From the human T2T-CHM13v2.0 reference genome, Homo sapiens, in the NCBI GenBank assembly GCA_009914755.4, contig CP068257.2, positions 30,752,001 through 30,816,000 of the forward strand: a stretch of 64,000 bases of DNA, in the 5' to 3' direction. The position numbers and the translations under genes are program-made. Below are positions 1 to 14,832 of the stretch, piece after piece; within the stretch, counting starts at the first letter, position 1, and every line of letters begins with the position of its first letter. The notes under the pieces are model-generated. The model did not search any database and was not told where the DNA came from. It saw only the letters and a list, made by a program, of their open reading frames with translations.

Positions 1-1273
1 TTTCACTTAGACGGCGGGGAGGGCTGAGATCAAAAGAGATGGGTGGGGAGGGCATCTGATGGATAATTATTGCCAGGCTTACTGCCAGGTAAGACCAAAG
101 AACCGTGATATTTGCCCTCGTCTGCAAATAGCACACACATTCTTTTTATTAGAAACGTATTTAAATGTCAGGAGCCATTACTCATTGAATGGAATTTGTT
201 GACACATGGATAAAGCATAGTATCTAAGAGACATTAAGACCTGGAATTTTTTTCCTTAGAGAATACCTTATTTGTAATTCCAGTAAAACCCTCAACACCA
301 GGCCAATCTCACAGAGCCATAAAAGCTACTTGGTATTATCAACCCTTTAGTCCAATTCCCGGCAATGTAGAAACTCTTAGTTCCCAGGGATACTGACAGA
401 ACAAGGCAGCACACTGTTATAGAAGTGAATTATTCTAATGTGGTTCTCCACCGCAGCAGATGGGATGGACTGATACCTGTCCCCTTATTCTTTACGTTCA
501 GGAAGAGGGTGACACTCTGGCCAGGGCTGTTCACAGCACTGAATTCCAGCAGGGGAGCTGATATGGCAACCAGAAGAGGCCCTACGACAGACAACCTGGA
601 GCCAGCACACGCGATGGGAGGATGCCCTCTCTCAAGCTCAGGAGTCCTCCAAGTGTGCCTGCTCCCCAAGAACCTTTCCAAACCCAAGTGAAATTTCAAA
701 AGCCACCAGGGAATTTTTGTTTCACAGGTTTCCTGAAAACCAACCATCCACACTCCCATTTTTCCTGGGCACAATCCAACCCTTACCCATCACAAGATTG
801 TAACTGGGAGGCAAAAGTCACTTATTAAAAAGCCATAAAAGTCCTCTTTGAGGACGTCACTGGCTTAGAGCTTCAAGGGCTTTCTCCGAGGTGGGCAGAA
901 CAGGAACAGAGGACTGGCACACACTACAAGCTTCAGGGCCATGGGCACATGGAGGGTATTTCATTTACCAGGAGAGGAGATGCCCACAGCTAAGTCATCC
1001 TCACAACCAGGAAGGCCCTGTGCCACTCAGCCCCCAGGAGCCTCCTCAGATATCCCCATTGTTCAGGCTCTGCCAGGTTCTGGCCCTATCGCCAGCCTGA
1101 AGCGAGTCCTGTCCTCACAGACAGATCCTGTGGCTGCTGACACACACCTTTCTACATAGACACCTCTCATTTCATCTGTGTGGGGATCAGGGGCAGAGAA
1201 TGGAGGAAAAACCACTACAGTCCTCCAAGGGAAGGAGACCCATGGAAGGCACGAGACACTGTGGTCCCCTCAC

Positions 1274-1406
1274 CTTTGAATCCCTCTTGGTCACCAGGGT
1301 GTACAAGGTCTTTTTATTCAAATCAAAATGGCTGCAGACGTCCCTGGCAGCTTCCGGACCCTGGGTCACCATGGCGGTCATCAGGCTCAGGCAGGCGCGA
1401 GCCAAC
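1274..1406 (-). CDS. URB1: URB1 coding exon 4, partial gene; encodes (R)LARACLSLMTAMVTQGPEAARDVCSHFDLNKKTLYTLVTKRDSK. Acceptor ccctgtgcag|GTTGGC, donor CAAAG|gtgagg.
   Basis: Open frame with a canonical AG/GT pair. The 1-nt phase joins correctly to the 2-nt overhang of the upstream exon (AG+G = Arg). CpG-containing, non-repeat sequence. Confidence 0.5.
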
Positions 1407-2164
1407 CTGCACAGGGAACCAGAGGAAATCGGACACGTCAACAACAGCAGAAGCACAGAGCCGCCTCACCACAAAGCCAGCTGCAAGCTGCTTGTGTTAT
1501 TTGCTATCCCCAAACCAGAAAAAAAGAAGGAAAAAGACATGCTCTTTTTTTAAGGAAAAAGAAAAAAAAAAGCATAAAGATTCAAAATAACGCTAAAAAT
1601 TAAAACTAAGTAGGATTAACAATATAAACACAAGATTTGAAGAAGATGGACATTTCTCTCTGGAGTGAGCCACTGTGTGATCAATAGACCACACCTCAGT
1701 CCCTGTGACTGCAGAATACAGAGGACGACTTCTTCACAAAGGCATCTCTGAATGCGAGCTCTTGGCTGTCTTTCCGTTCTGCGGTTATCCAGATTCCATG
1801 GTTTTCTGAGCACCTGCTACATGCAAGGCCCTGTTCTAGGTGCTGGGAAGGTGGCATTTTATAACACAGGCAAGGCCCTGCCACATGCACCTATAGGATT
1901 CCAGTAGAGGGAGTCACTCAACAGATAATAGCAGCAAGGACAGTAGCAGGCAGGACAAGAGGGACAAGGGGTAAGTAAGAGAGGAGTCAGGGACAGCCAG
2001 GGCTGGTCCACAAAGGAAGGGGGCAGAGACTCGGTCACTGTGGCCTCGGAAATAGCTCAGCTCTCCTCTAGCCATAAAGGTACTGACCAAATGCACCTGC
2101 GGAGAGCTGAATGCAGACCAAACCCAAAGGCCCATCCTTTGTCACACCAAGGCAGACTGCCTAC

Positions 2165-2316
2165 CTGTAACCTGAGGCATACAGGGACTCACAGATGAGC
2201 TTCATGTGGTTGTTCATCAGCTTTTTCACAATGTTGGTTCCCACAACATGGAAATGTGAAAGATCACTTGCTGTCCGCAATAATATGGCCTCGAAAACTT
2301 GAAATATTAACATCGT
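2165..2316 (-). CDS. URB1: URB1 coding exon 3; encodes TMLIFQVFEAILLRTASDLSHFHVVGTNIVKKLMNNHMKLICESLYASGY(R). Acceptor tctttgcag|ACGATG, donor TACAG|gtaggc.
   Basis: Phase 0 start follows the phase 0 end of exon 2. A stronger-looking GTGAGT donor 33 nt upstream is rejected because it breaks the frame into the next exon. Confidence 0.5.
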
Positions 2317-2551
2317 CTGCAAAGACAGAATTGAAACGCTTAGAAATCGTCTCATTTCCTTTCCTCCTGTACATATATGCTCCTTTTGTCTTAGCCATAG
2401 TTACTTGTAGGCTTAAAGCCTTCAACATGCAGGATGACGCCCACCCAGATCCTGAGTCAAACGCGACAGCTTGGCAGGCTGATCTGCAGGACCCATGCCC
2501 TGCATGTAGCCCCACTCCCATAGTCCAGCAAAATAAAGAACAGCTTGTTAG

Positions 2552-2910
<359 letters not shown>

Positions 2911-3403
2911 TCAAATGAGAAGAAAATTCTCTTAATGACTGGGTCTCATTCCTTTAGAGATATTCAGATCTACATCCTTATAGCAATAACCCTGAGATTT
3001 CAACAGGCGCATCAATATCCCAATGTTCAATCTCTTTGGAATCAGAAAACAATCATCAATTCATTATGTGTTGTGAGTCTGTGACACCACATGTTTATGT
3101 GTTTCCCTTTTGTTTAAATAAACCATACCGAAACCAAGTATATTTTGATTAGGAATCTATGATCCTTCCTTCTGATGTCATTCATCAAATGTTAATAATA
3201 AGTGAGAATTTTCCACTAAAATGCTTTCAAGGTCATGGAGGCAAAAAATGAATACATTCCTACAGCACAGGGACAAAGCATCATTTTCTATAGAAAGTTG
3301 GTAATGGAAATTTCTATCACATTTTTCCTCATCAAACTTAACAGCAGCATTAACTTTTCTTCTCTTCATCAAGCCATGTAAGGAACAACTTACTTCACTT
3401 TCA

Positions 3404-3543
3404 GGTCGTTTCTCTCCACTTAGGAGCTGGAAAATTTCGACACACTCAACAGAAATCTTTATATACCCTTCCACAACATCATACACTTCTTCTCGTGGTA
3501 GCTTCTTGGCAGCAGACACAAACGCTTCCAAGCCTGAAAAAAA
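3404..3543 (-). CDS. URB1: URB1 coding exon 2; encodes (G)LEAFVSAAKKLPREEVYDVVEGYIKISVECVEIFQLLSGEKRPESE. Acceptor ttttttttcag|GCTTGG, donor GTGAA|gtaagt.
   Basis: Strong polypyrimidine/AG acceptor and a consensus GTAAGT donor. The phase-1 start completes the Gly codon left open by exon 1. Confidence 0.55.
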
Positions 3544-3716
3544 AGTTATGTTCAAACATTAACAAGGTCAGTCTTCTTAGAAACAATCACAGCCACCACT
3601 GCAACCTGCTTTCCCTATTCTGTGACCTTCCCCGATCCACCTACACTGCACAGAAGCTACTATGAATGCTATCAACTTAACTGTTTCTCTCCAAAATTCA
3701 TGTTGAAACCCTAAAC

Positions 3717-4020
3717 CCGGCCGGGCGCGGTGGCTCACGCCTGTAATCCCAGCACTTTGGGAGGCTAAGGCAGGCAGATCACCTGAGGTCAGGAGTTCAA
3801 GACCAGCCTGGCCAACATGGTGAAACCCCCTCTCTACTAAAAATACAAAAATTAGCCAGGTGTGGTGGCACATATCTGTAGTCCCAGCTACTTGGGAGGC
3901 TGAGGCAGAATTGTGAGAACTCAGGAGGCAGAGGTTACAGTGAGCCGAGATCGCGCCATTGCACCCCAGCCTAGGTGACAGAGCAAGACTCTGTCTCAGG
4001 AAAAAAAAAAAAAAGAAAGA
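3717..4020 (+). mobile_element. Alu (AluS-like) with target-site duplication GAAACCCTAA(A/G)CCC
   Basis: GGCCGGGCGCGGTGGCTCACGCCTGTAATCCCAGCACTTTGGGAGGC ... poly-A/(GAAA)n tail. Flanking repeats at 3703-3716 and 4021-4034. Confidence 0.9.
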
Positions 4021-4039
4021 AAGAAACCCTAAGCCCTAA

Positions 4040-4371
4040 AAAGACAGTATTTGGAGATATAGTCTTTTAGGAGATAACTCAGGTTAAGTGAGTTCATGAG
4101 GGTGAGGTCCTGATCTAACAGGACTGGTGTCCTTAGAGGAGAAGGAGACATCAGAGAGCTCCCTCTCTGCATGTGGATAGAGGAAAGGCCATGTGAGGAC
4201 ACAGCAAGAGGGCAGTTGTCTGCAAGCCAGGACGTGCCCTTACCAGGATGTGACTATGCCAATGCCTTGATCGCGGACGTGGCCTTCAGAACTGTGAGGA
4301 AATAAATTCCTCTTGTTTAAGCCACCCAGTCTATGGTATTTTGTTATGGCTGCCCTAGTAGATTAATCCAC
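4040..4371 (+). mobile_element. Ancient L1 (L1MC/D/E-type) 3' end fragment
   Basis: ...gaactgtgaggaaataaattcctcttgtttaagccacccagtctatggtattttgttatggctgccctagtagattaatccac. This matches the characteristic terminus of old L1M 3' ends. Confidence 0.45.
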
Positions 4372-4639
4372 AAGGACATTATGAACACACTTAGAAACCA
4401 TGAAGGCAATAAGGAATGAGACAAACTGAGTGCCAATGTGACTCCCAGGTTTGACTACTGAGTCTGGCAATGACTCGTCTGGATCCCCATAGAGCTTTTG
4501 TTCCCTCAACTGTAGAATGGGTATAACAAGAAAAACCATATAGAGCATGGTAACGAAACATTACCAAGAGCTTTACTTACATGACATCAGCTAATTCTCA
4601 CTGCAACCCTCCACCCTAGGTATGAGTATTTTTTTCCCT

Positions 4640-4780
4640 AGGTACTAGTATTTCACAGATGAGAAAACTGAGGCCCTTGTCCAAAGGTACACAGCTTAGG
4701 AGAGGTAGAGCCAGGACTCCAATCCAGGCAGTCGGGCTCCAGAGCCCATATTCTCCCTCCACGAACTGGATGATTCCTGC
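4640..4780 (-). mobile_element. MIR SINE fragment
   Basis: gagaaaactgaggcccttg..ccaaaggtacacagcttaggagaggtagagccaggactccaatccaggc = reverse complement of the MIR core/3' region. Confidence 0.45.
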
Positions 4781-5157
4781 TCATGCAATGGAGCTGATGC
4801 CTGTTGCTCTGAGTGCACTGGCACACAGAGTGTCCGTGCTGCACCTGGCCCACAGTCAGTATGCCAAGCATCAGTTGACATCAGTGCTCTTTCAAAACCC
4901 AAAGGAGGGCACCCCACTAGAGTGTTTCCCCATAAGGCCACCCCAGAAGTTCCCCACTCAAAAATCTCCCCTCTCAACAGCCTGAGGATTCTACTACCCT
5001 TCCTGCAATTAATACAACCTCCCCTCCCCTACCACTGACACCTGAATCTGAACCCCCACCAGAACCCCACCCTACCAACTGGGAGCCACCTGTGTGCCGC
5101 TGCCCACAGAATTCTCCTGCCAGAACCTGTTCTATAAAACTGCCTTTCAGAGAATCA

Positions 5158-5328
<171 letters not shown>

Positions 5329-5984
5329 TCAAAACTAGGAAGGCAGGGCATGGCAGTGGGTTGGAAGCCGCATGAGAGCGTAAGCTAAAGGTAACACATC
5401 TTACTGAGGCCTTCATCTCTTCTGGGGAGTGAAGACTTCACCTTATTCAAAAAAAAAAAAAAAAAAAGCAGAGGAAGGGACTAAATATTTCTATTAAAAC
5501 CCACTTAGTAATGACCAATACAGTAAAATGTAAAATGCCACAAACTTTAAGAAATACACTACAGTCTTCATAGACACATCAGAATAGCGTGGTCTGCTTT
5601 AGGGAGTGTCTGGGCATCCCTAAGGGGTCCTTCCTTCTCTGCCTTGGGGCCACAGGCAATGGATCTAATCCTTCTTTCCCACACCAGCTGCCATCACCCT
5701 AGTCAGCACCTCTGAACACCAAACACTTCCTTTAACCTCTCTCCAGAAATGAGAGTTTCGAGATCCTTCTGTGTTCAGGTCAGTCTCTATGTTCCCTTGA
5801 AGCATGAGGCCCAGAACAGGGCTTGGTACTGCAGGTGAGCTCCACTAGCTGAGCAGAGAGGACCAACACATGCTTCCTCTTGGACAGCAATTCTGCGTGT
5901 CTCAGATTCAAGTCCTGACGCTGCTAAGCCACATCTGCCGGGGACGCATGAGCACGCCATTACACCAAAAACATACCAGAAAAG

Positions 5985-6150
5985 AACAAAATTGGAGCCA
6001 GACTCCTGGGCACAAATCCCCGCTCAGTCACTTACTAGCTGCATGGTACTCAGTAAGGCACTGAACTCTGAGCTCTGGGTACCTCACCTGTATAACGGAA
6101 CAAGAACAGAACCTACCTGACAGGGTTTGTATGAAGCGTAAAAAGGCTAA
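5985..6150 (+). mobile_element. MIR SINE
   Basis: cacttactagctgcatggtactcagtaaggcactgaactctgagctctgggtacctcacctgtataacggaacaaga is MIR core-like. Confidence 0.4.
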
Positions 6151-8214
6151 TTTACACATAAAGCATCCAGCATCACACTTAGGTCAAGGTAAACCCTCAA
6201 AACATAAGCAGCCCCCCGGGTGTCCTCAGCAGCAGCAGTGAAAATCCAGTCACATTCGGCCTCTGCCAGCCTCACAGGTGTTTTCAGATCCCCTTTTATG
6301 CTGCAACATTTTCCGCAGCAACCACCGCCATTCCTTTAACAGTCACTGAGCAAGTGCATCTGCTATGCCAGGCGCTGCTCTGAGCTTCGGGGCCAGACTC
6401 CATTGCTGCCGTCTGCAGCGTGGTCTGGTGGTGATTATGAGCAGGCCATGGGTGTTCTGACCAAGGTGACTGTGAGTTACAGGAGCTCAGTCGGCACAGG
6501 CACCCTGGAGTTATGCATACCTACTCTGTCCCTCAAGAAAACACAGAATGCAAGTGATAGCAAGGGCTGTTAATACAGAAAGAGCAGTGCAACTACTCAC
6601 TCTTTTTTAAGGAATTATTCGTCAAACTCTAGCATGTAACTCTGAGCATTCCAGAGTATTACAGGGTGGAAACTGCTGGCCTGTTATGTTTGCCGTCTTT
6701 ACAGGTTCATCTTTCCATACACCATTTACTGGGCACCTACCAGGTGCACCTACAGGGGGTGCCCGAGACGTGCTGATGAGCAAATTAGAAATGGCCTCTA
6801 CCCACATGGTCCTTACAATCTAATGATAGAGACCAATGTGAGTATTTATTAAGCACCTACCGCAATCACTTACATAGACACGTATAGCACCTGTAGTTAA
6901 GTGCTATGAAGCAAACATCAAGAGTATAATGAGGACTGTACCTAGGGAACATGATCTAGATTAGAGGGTTGGGAAGGTTTCCTTTGAAGAAGTAATGCTG
7001 AACCTATTATTAATAATAGTAAACGTAAGTATTGAGGGGGCAGAGGGTGAGACCACATTCCAGGCCCCAAGGCTGGAGGGTACACTGGAGCCAGGTGAGT
7101 GGGGAGGGGTGACTGAGTGAGTGGGGGAGGGCAGCCTGAGATGAAGTCAAAGAAGCAGGCGGGGCTAGATGAAGCAATGGAAATGACTTTGGATTTTATC
7201 CTAAGGGCAGTGGGATACCACTGAAGGGTGTCATGAGAGGAGTGACATAATCAGATTTGGAGCTCTGAAGGATCATTTGACTGCTGCACACAGCACGGGC
7301 TGCAGGGAAGCAACAGCAAGAGAGACCAACTCTGGGCAACTCCAGCCACGGTCCCAGCAGGGACTGATGATGCCTGGACTAGAATGATGATGAAGGAAAG
7401 AGGGGGAGCAGACAGATTCCAGAAATTCTCAGGAGGAGAATCAACCACCAAGGCCAGGGGACAGACTGATGCAGACGGAGGGTTCTGGCAGGAACATCCA
7501 GCTAATCAGAATTACCACTTATGCAGTGGGGAAACCAGAAGCAATGTGGGGAGAAGGAGATCAAGAGTTTAACCATTAGTGTACTCTCTTACAGTATGGC
7601 CTTTTCTCTATCACCAGTGGAGTCGTGGGCAAACACTTTCAAAGGAACTGGCTTAGAGCCAAACCCTTCTTGATGGGGGATCTTCCCACAGGCTGACACT
7701 GATCCACTCTGGAATATCCTCAGTCCTTACCAATCTAACCTGGCAGCTCTTGTTCCTCCACTACACGAAGGGAGCATCATCAGAACCCTTCCCTCACATG
7801 CCTGGTGAAAACAAAGTCTCCTAACAGCCATCAACTTCACTTCCCTGATCTTCCAGCAATCCTATCATAGGTTATGAGAGCGTATAAAGAGGAAGAGAGG
7901 AGGAGAGAATCCAAGATACAGACCAGATTCAAACACAAGTTCAACACAGCCTCAAACAAGGGATCCACACTTTCACCCATTGACTCAGCTTTGCCCCATC
8001 TTTCAACTACTCACCTACACCCATGCCCTGTCAACCTGGGTCTCCTTCTGACATGTGTTCAAATGATGTAGCACCTGAATGTCATGAGGCTCTCTGTGCA
8101 AGACCATGAAATATAGATACTACATCTTTTTAACAATTAAACGTGCTCTTTCTTCTGCCAGTAAGGTTCCTGTCCCTGTCCCATCCTACAATCCTTTTGA
8201 AAAGCCACTTCCTC

Positions 8215-9232
<1,018 letters not shown>

Positions 9233-9565
9233 GAAAAGCCACTTCCTCAGGGGAGCCTTCTTTGAGCTCCCAGATTAGATCCAAGGTCTGTTAAACACCC
9301 TCAGGCACCATGTACCTCTCCTTTGGAAAACTCGTGCTTGAAACTGTATGTATGTGATTTTACTGACCAATATCTGCCTGCCCCACTCGACTGTTTGTAA
9401 GCCCCACAATGGCAGAGGCTTTTTGACATTTTTATTCATCACTTTATCTCTACCGTAGCAAATAATAGCCTCTAGTAATACTTAATGAATTCGGAAATAA
9501 ATAACTCTATGCTAACTAAGTATCATCTTCCTAGCTGTGACTAGCAAGTACAGGTATAGGTATCA

Positions 9566-9885
<320 letters not shown>

Positions 9886-10616
9886 GAGGACAAAAATTGG
9901 AAGTTGAAGATATTTTGGCCATTAATTTAATCGTTTATTTAACCTGGGAGAAAAACTGCCACTGTTTTATTTTAGAGCAATGCTTCCACATGGCAACACG
10001 TTCAATTGCGTTTTTCCCAAACCATGTTACTTTCCAAACGATTACAAGTAGTCGCGAAGGGTGGTCACACTTTACAAAAAGTGTAATTAAATTATAGAGT
10101 CGGCTACATCTCAGTCACTGGCCCATTCCTGGTCAACTGACAAGTAGCTGTGGTGGCTTCTAGTAGCTTGTTACAAGTCATCAAGTCAGTATGAGTGTTG
10201 GGGGATGGAAGCTATTGAAAACGGTGCTGACGGCCCAAGGAGTAGCAAACTGTCTCATGAACCGTCCTGAGCCGACTCAGTAAGGACTCAATAGAGAAGG
10301 ACACTTCATTTACTTCCCTGACAACTGCAATAAAGAGGTTTTAGAGCTCGCTGAGGGATGCTGCCTGGGCAAGGGAAATAAATGTGTTGTAACATGAAAC
10401 GGTCCCAATCAAGCAAGTCGGGGCCCTCTCGCTGTCGCCGACAGTCCAGAGCAAGGAAGTACACAGCAGTCCTGAACCTCAGTTTTCTGCAAACCAGAGG
10501 CTTGCCACTGAGCCTATGTGACCCGAAAGCTGCAGAAAGGAGAGGCTGTGCCCGGCACACGGAGGCCGCCTCGCCAGCCTGTGCTCCCGACCCTGCGCCT
10601 GCCGCCCCGGACTCAC

Positions 10617-10758
10617 CTGGCCCGGGGCCCTGCGGGTCCTTCAGCTGAGCCTTGAACCGCACGCCCGTGAGCTCTTCTTTGCGGGCGCGCTTGGCTGCAC
10701 CCGCGGAGGAAGCCGCGCCGTCCTGGCCGCCCGAGGCCTTCCTCTTGGGGACCCCCAT
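10617..10758 (-). CDS. URB1: URB1 coding exon 1 (ATG at 10756-10758); encodes MGVPKRKASGGQDGAASSAGAAKRARKEELTGVRFKAQLKDPQGPGP(G). Donor CCAG|gtgagtcc.
   Basis: ATG in a strong Kozak context within the CpG island. The Lys/Arg-rich N-terminus resembles a bipartite NLS (KRK-x14-KRARK). Consensus GTGAGT donor. The gene name comes from recalled protein sequence and the 19.8 kb spacing to the EVA1C-like island. Confidence 0.6.
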
Positions 10759-10854
10759 GGCCGAGAGGGCGGAAGCGCGACGGAAACGACACACCTGAGG
10801 GGACCCGGCAGGAGCACTGGCACAGACAGCAGACACGCGCTTCAGGCCCACATG

Positions 10855-11001
10855 GCGCAGGAAGAGGCGGGGCTGGCGGAAGAGGCGGGGCTCGGGGAAA
10901 GGCCGGCGGAAGGGGCCGACCCGCGCGAGGCTGGGACCGGCGGAAGGGGCGTGGCCTGCAGAAGGGGCGGGGCGATAGGGATCCAGAGTCTTGGGGCTCC
11001 C
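10855..11001 (+). ncRNA. URB1-AS1: Putative first exon of the divergent antisense transcript (URB1-AS1-like), ending at a candidate donor CCTG|gtgagt at 11001-11006
   Basis: A plus-strand GTGAGT lies just downstream of the GC-box array in the bidirectional CpG island. No coding potential is evident. The exon boundaries are speculative. Confidence 0.2.
10858..10975. promoter_or_regulatory. Tandem array of GGAAG(A/G)GGCGGGGC units, composite ETS-like (GGAA / CGGAAG) plus Sp1 GC boxes
   Basis: ggaagaggcggggctggc|ggaagaggcggggctcggg|gaaaggccggcggaaggggccgacc...ggcggaaggggcgtggcctgcagaaggggcggggcg. Confidence 0.6.
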
Positions 11002-12304
11002 TGTGAGTTTGCTGTACCGGTTGTCCCGGTCACGGCATGGGGCGAGCGGACACTCCACGACACCTCCCGCCCCCGGCTGCAGGGTTTGGGGTCCACCGGG
11101 GCGCATTTCTGATCCCAGTGGCTCTTCGGGTGCTCTTGGCCGGAAGAACTCCCAGACCTTTCACTCCTGGCCTGGCCGATCCACGAAGACTCGGGCCCCG
11201 GCGCGTCCAAGCAGCACAATGAGTAGTTCTTGACCCGAGGTCGCCCTGAAGGTGTCGCATGAAGAGCTTGCTTCACACACAACAGGATTCGATACTTTGC
11301 CAATTCAAGGCCCTGGTGGCTGGCCGGGAAGGTGGATTCGCCTTGGCTAGGTGCCAGGCAGGTCCGCCTGTGCGGGTGCCCCTGACTTCGACCCCTAGCT
11401 TATGTCACAGCCCGAACCAGATCGACTGGTCTGGTAGCAGCCTGTCACTCCAGACTGTCCTCCACCCCAGACTTCCGCAAACTGATGGGCTCTTTGCGCC
11501 GTGCAGGGTGGGAGGAGAAGACCAAACGAAGTAACGTCTGTAAAACCCCTTCCTGGACAGCGTAAGGCCTCCACATCTAAGTTCCTGTCATTAAAATGGA
11601 GACAGCAAAGCCGACCCTATCCAGTCCTTGGGACTGTTATGAACAGAAAATGATGCAATGTATGAAAAACTGCTTTGAGGAGAAAAACAACACAGTGTGT
11701 TTTTGGAAGATGTGATTGATTTGTAAACCGCATTAAATGCTCTGAAATAAAATGAAAGTAAAAATAAGTAAAAACAGGCTGGTACATATTTTAATACGAC
11801 TTCATCGATACTTAGGTATGTGTCCAAATAAATCATGAACCAGCGCATTAGATAAGTAACTTGGTGATTACTGAAATTCTCCATCAGGTTGTCCTCTAGT
11901 CTAAGAAAATTGTGTTTCATATTCTGTAAGCAGATGTGTTTTGAACATCTGAGGATGTGGGCTTTTGTGGCCTGTTGGGGTCTCAGAGTTTCTAGTAGAA
12001 AAAGCACGTGTGTTGACGCTGAGCCTCTGTCCCGACAAGATGATTGTGCCTGTGGAGATGTCTATGTTGTAGGCAGGTCAGAGAGAGGGTGTCACCCCCA
12101 GCAGATATGAGCTAATGCAGCAATGTTAAGAGAGGGGAATATGCTCAAAAAGTCATCTGTAAAAGGCAACACTCATTAGTGAATACAGACTTAATTCTGA
12201 CTGATTATCCACACTGGTCCTCTTCTTTGGTTAATCGCTAACCACCAACTTTGTTTTCTGCCATGGTGGTCCCAACCAAAAAGTTATCAGAAAGAGTTAG
12301 GAAA

Positions 12305-12470
12305 CAGTCAAAAGCCCTGAGTTCAGTTTCTGCCTGTGTGACCTTGGGCAAATTACCATCCCTCTGTGCTGGTTTGCTTTACAAACAATTAAAGAGCATG
12401 AGGAACTTCCCAGGATTATCCAGCTAGTAACTGGTGGAGCCAGGACTCACCCAGTGTATCCTAGTCCCAA
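12305..12470 (+). mobile_element. MIR SINE
   Basis: cctgagttcagtttctgcctgtgtgaccttgggcaaattaccatccctctgtgc matches the MIR core (ctgtgtgaccttgggcaagttacttaacctctctg). Confidence 0.5.
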
Positions 12471-13774
12471 ATTAAAAACAAAGAAACAGAAGTTGGCAGT
12501 GCCCATTTACAGCCTTAGCCAGAGATGTATGGATGGCAAGTGTGGCTCAGAAGTGCATTTGGATGTTTTAGACTAAGTTAATGCCATGAATCATTGATGC
12601 TGGGTTAACCCTTTGTTCAGATATGAGGCTCACCAACCTCTGGATAGTGACTTGTCTTTCCATATCAAAGCTTTGTATTATTTGCCTCCAGGAGCATTCT
12701 GGTTTGTTGCAGACTATGTGGTACTGCTCCTAGGACATTCTAAGCTGAGGAAAAAAGCCCGAGAGCTTTTGTACTTGTTCCCTCTCTTTGAAACTCTTTG
12801 CCCAGAGCTCAAGTGGCTCAGATGTGGACTTTTCCTGTACATACCTCACTCTCTGTCTCCCGACCTTTCTTGATTGGGCCTACTTTATAAAGACACTCAC
12901 TAATTACATCTGAGGGCTCCACCCTCATGAGCTAGTCACCTCACAAAAGGCCTCCCACAACCAAATATCACACTTGGGATGGGGTTTCAACATAATGAAT
13001 TTGAGGGGGACACAAACGTTCAAACCATAGCACTTTCCCAACATGAAGATGATTTTTCAGTTAAGTTCTAACAATCTTTTCAGAAACAGATAATTCTCAC
13101 CTTGTGCCGTTAGTTCCACAAAATAAAAAATAAAGTATCCCAACATCTTTTACAAGGCTCATATAACCTTAAATACAGAACAAGCTAAGGATAACACAAA
13201 GTATGAAAATGATGAACTTATTTCAAGTATGGATATAAATGTGTGTAAATAGAATATTAGTTAACTGAATACAAAACAGCACTTGAAAAAAACACAAGAA
13301 ATACAAGGAAAGAATATCTTGCTTATATAACTCACCACAATAATGGATTAAAGGAGAAAAATCCGTTATTATTTCAATAGATGGAAAAAGACATTTGAAA
13401 AGATACCTATTTATGATTTTTAAAATTCACATAAAACTAGGGATAGAAGGACTTTCCTTAACTTGGTAAAGACTATATACCAAAAACCTGCAGCAATTAT
13501 CATGCACAATGGGAAAACTATATGAACCTGAATTATGACTGGGAACAATAGGAAAAACAGGGATGTCCACCATGCTACTATCTATTACGAGAGGTCGTGG
13601 CTAGTGAAATAAGGCAAGACAAAGAAATAAGAAATGAAACTGTAATCTAATTGGAAAATTCAATAGAAACGCAAGCTAAATAAGAATTTAGCAAGGTTGT
13701 CAGACATAAAATCAGTTACCAAAATTGGTAGCATTACCTCTACATTAGCAATAGCTAATTTAAATATGTAGGAG

Positions 13775-14085
13775 AAGCTGGGTGTGGTGGCTCATGCCTG
13801 TAATCCTAGCGCTTTGGGAGACTAAGGTGGGAGGAGCACTTGAGCTCGGGAGCAACATAGTAGGACCTCGTCTCTACAAAAAAAAAAAAAAAATTTAAGT
13901 AGCTGGTGTGGTGGTGCATATCTGTAGTCCCAGCTAGTCAGGATGCCAAGGTGTGAGGATTGCTTGAGCCCAGAAGACCGAGCCTGCAGTGAGCCAGATT
14001 GCTCCACTGCACTCCAGCCAGGGCAACAGAGGGAGACCCTGTCTCAAAAAATAAAATAAATATAAAACAAAAATAAATAAATATG
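13775..14085 (+). mobile_element. Alu
   Basis: gctgggtgtggtggctcatgcctgtaatcctagcgctttgggagactaaggtgggagg...tccagccagggcaacagagggagaccctgtctcaaaaaataaaataaa. Confidence 0.85.
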
Positions 14086-14377
14086 TGGTAGAAAACAAAG
14101 CACCATTTAGAAAGAAAAAAACCCTACAAATTCTCAGAATTAAACTAAAAAGACTGCACAGCATCTTTAAGGACAACATTGTAAAATAATATTTGGTTAA
14201 ATAAAGATACATACTATGTTCACAGAAGAATGTCTTCACATTGTAAAACTGCTAATTTTTCCTAAATTAAGCTGTAAACTATTACCATTCCAATAAAAAT
14301 TAAATTCAGAAAACCATAATATATTCTTATGGAAAAAGAACAATCCAGGAATAGCTAAGTCAGCTTGACAAGACTAA

Positions 14378-14832
<455 letters not shown>

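Larger units (their letters stand above)
10380..11520. promoter_or_regulatory. CpG island, a TATA-less bidirectional promoter (URB1 on the minus strand, divergent URB1-AS1-like transcript on the plus strand)
   Basis: High GC and CpG density. Contains the URB1 start codon in a CGGCCATGG Kozak context, and multiple GC boxes and GGAA (ETS-like) motifs at 10855-10975. Confidence 0.7.

Noticed and set aside
430-774. Candidate next URB1 exon on the minus strand (open frame ...HTWRTPELERGHPPIACAGSRLSVVGPLLVAISAPLLEFSAVNSPGQSVTLFLN with a GTAAAG donor)
   Set aside because: No acceptor gives a frame compatible with the phase-0 end of exon 4: the phase-0 reading hits TGA immediately. The polypyrimidine tract is poor. 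The real exon 5 is probably outside the window.
3040-3200. Possible intronic C/D-box snoRNA in the URB1 intron (minus strand contains UGAUGA twice and a CUGA near uuuucugauu)
   Set aside because: Box spacing is ~150 nt, the C box lacks the preferred purine, and there is no complementary 5'/3' terminal stem or plausible antisense guide. The motifs are short and expected by chance in AT-rich sequence.
3178-3555. 125-aa minus-strand ORF
   Set aside because: This is exon 2 (3404-3543) plus read-through into intron 2 past a consensus GTAAGT donor. Only the exon portion is kept.
10306-11303. 266-aa and 153-aa minus-strand ORFs spanning the URB1 promoter island
   Set aside because: Only the first 47 codons after the Kozak ATG (10617-10758) are coding. 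The ORF continues through a consensus GTGAGT donor into the intron and upstream into 5'UTR/promoter because GC-rich sequence lacks stops.
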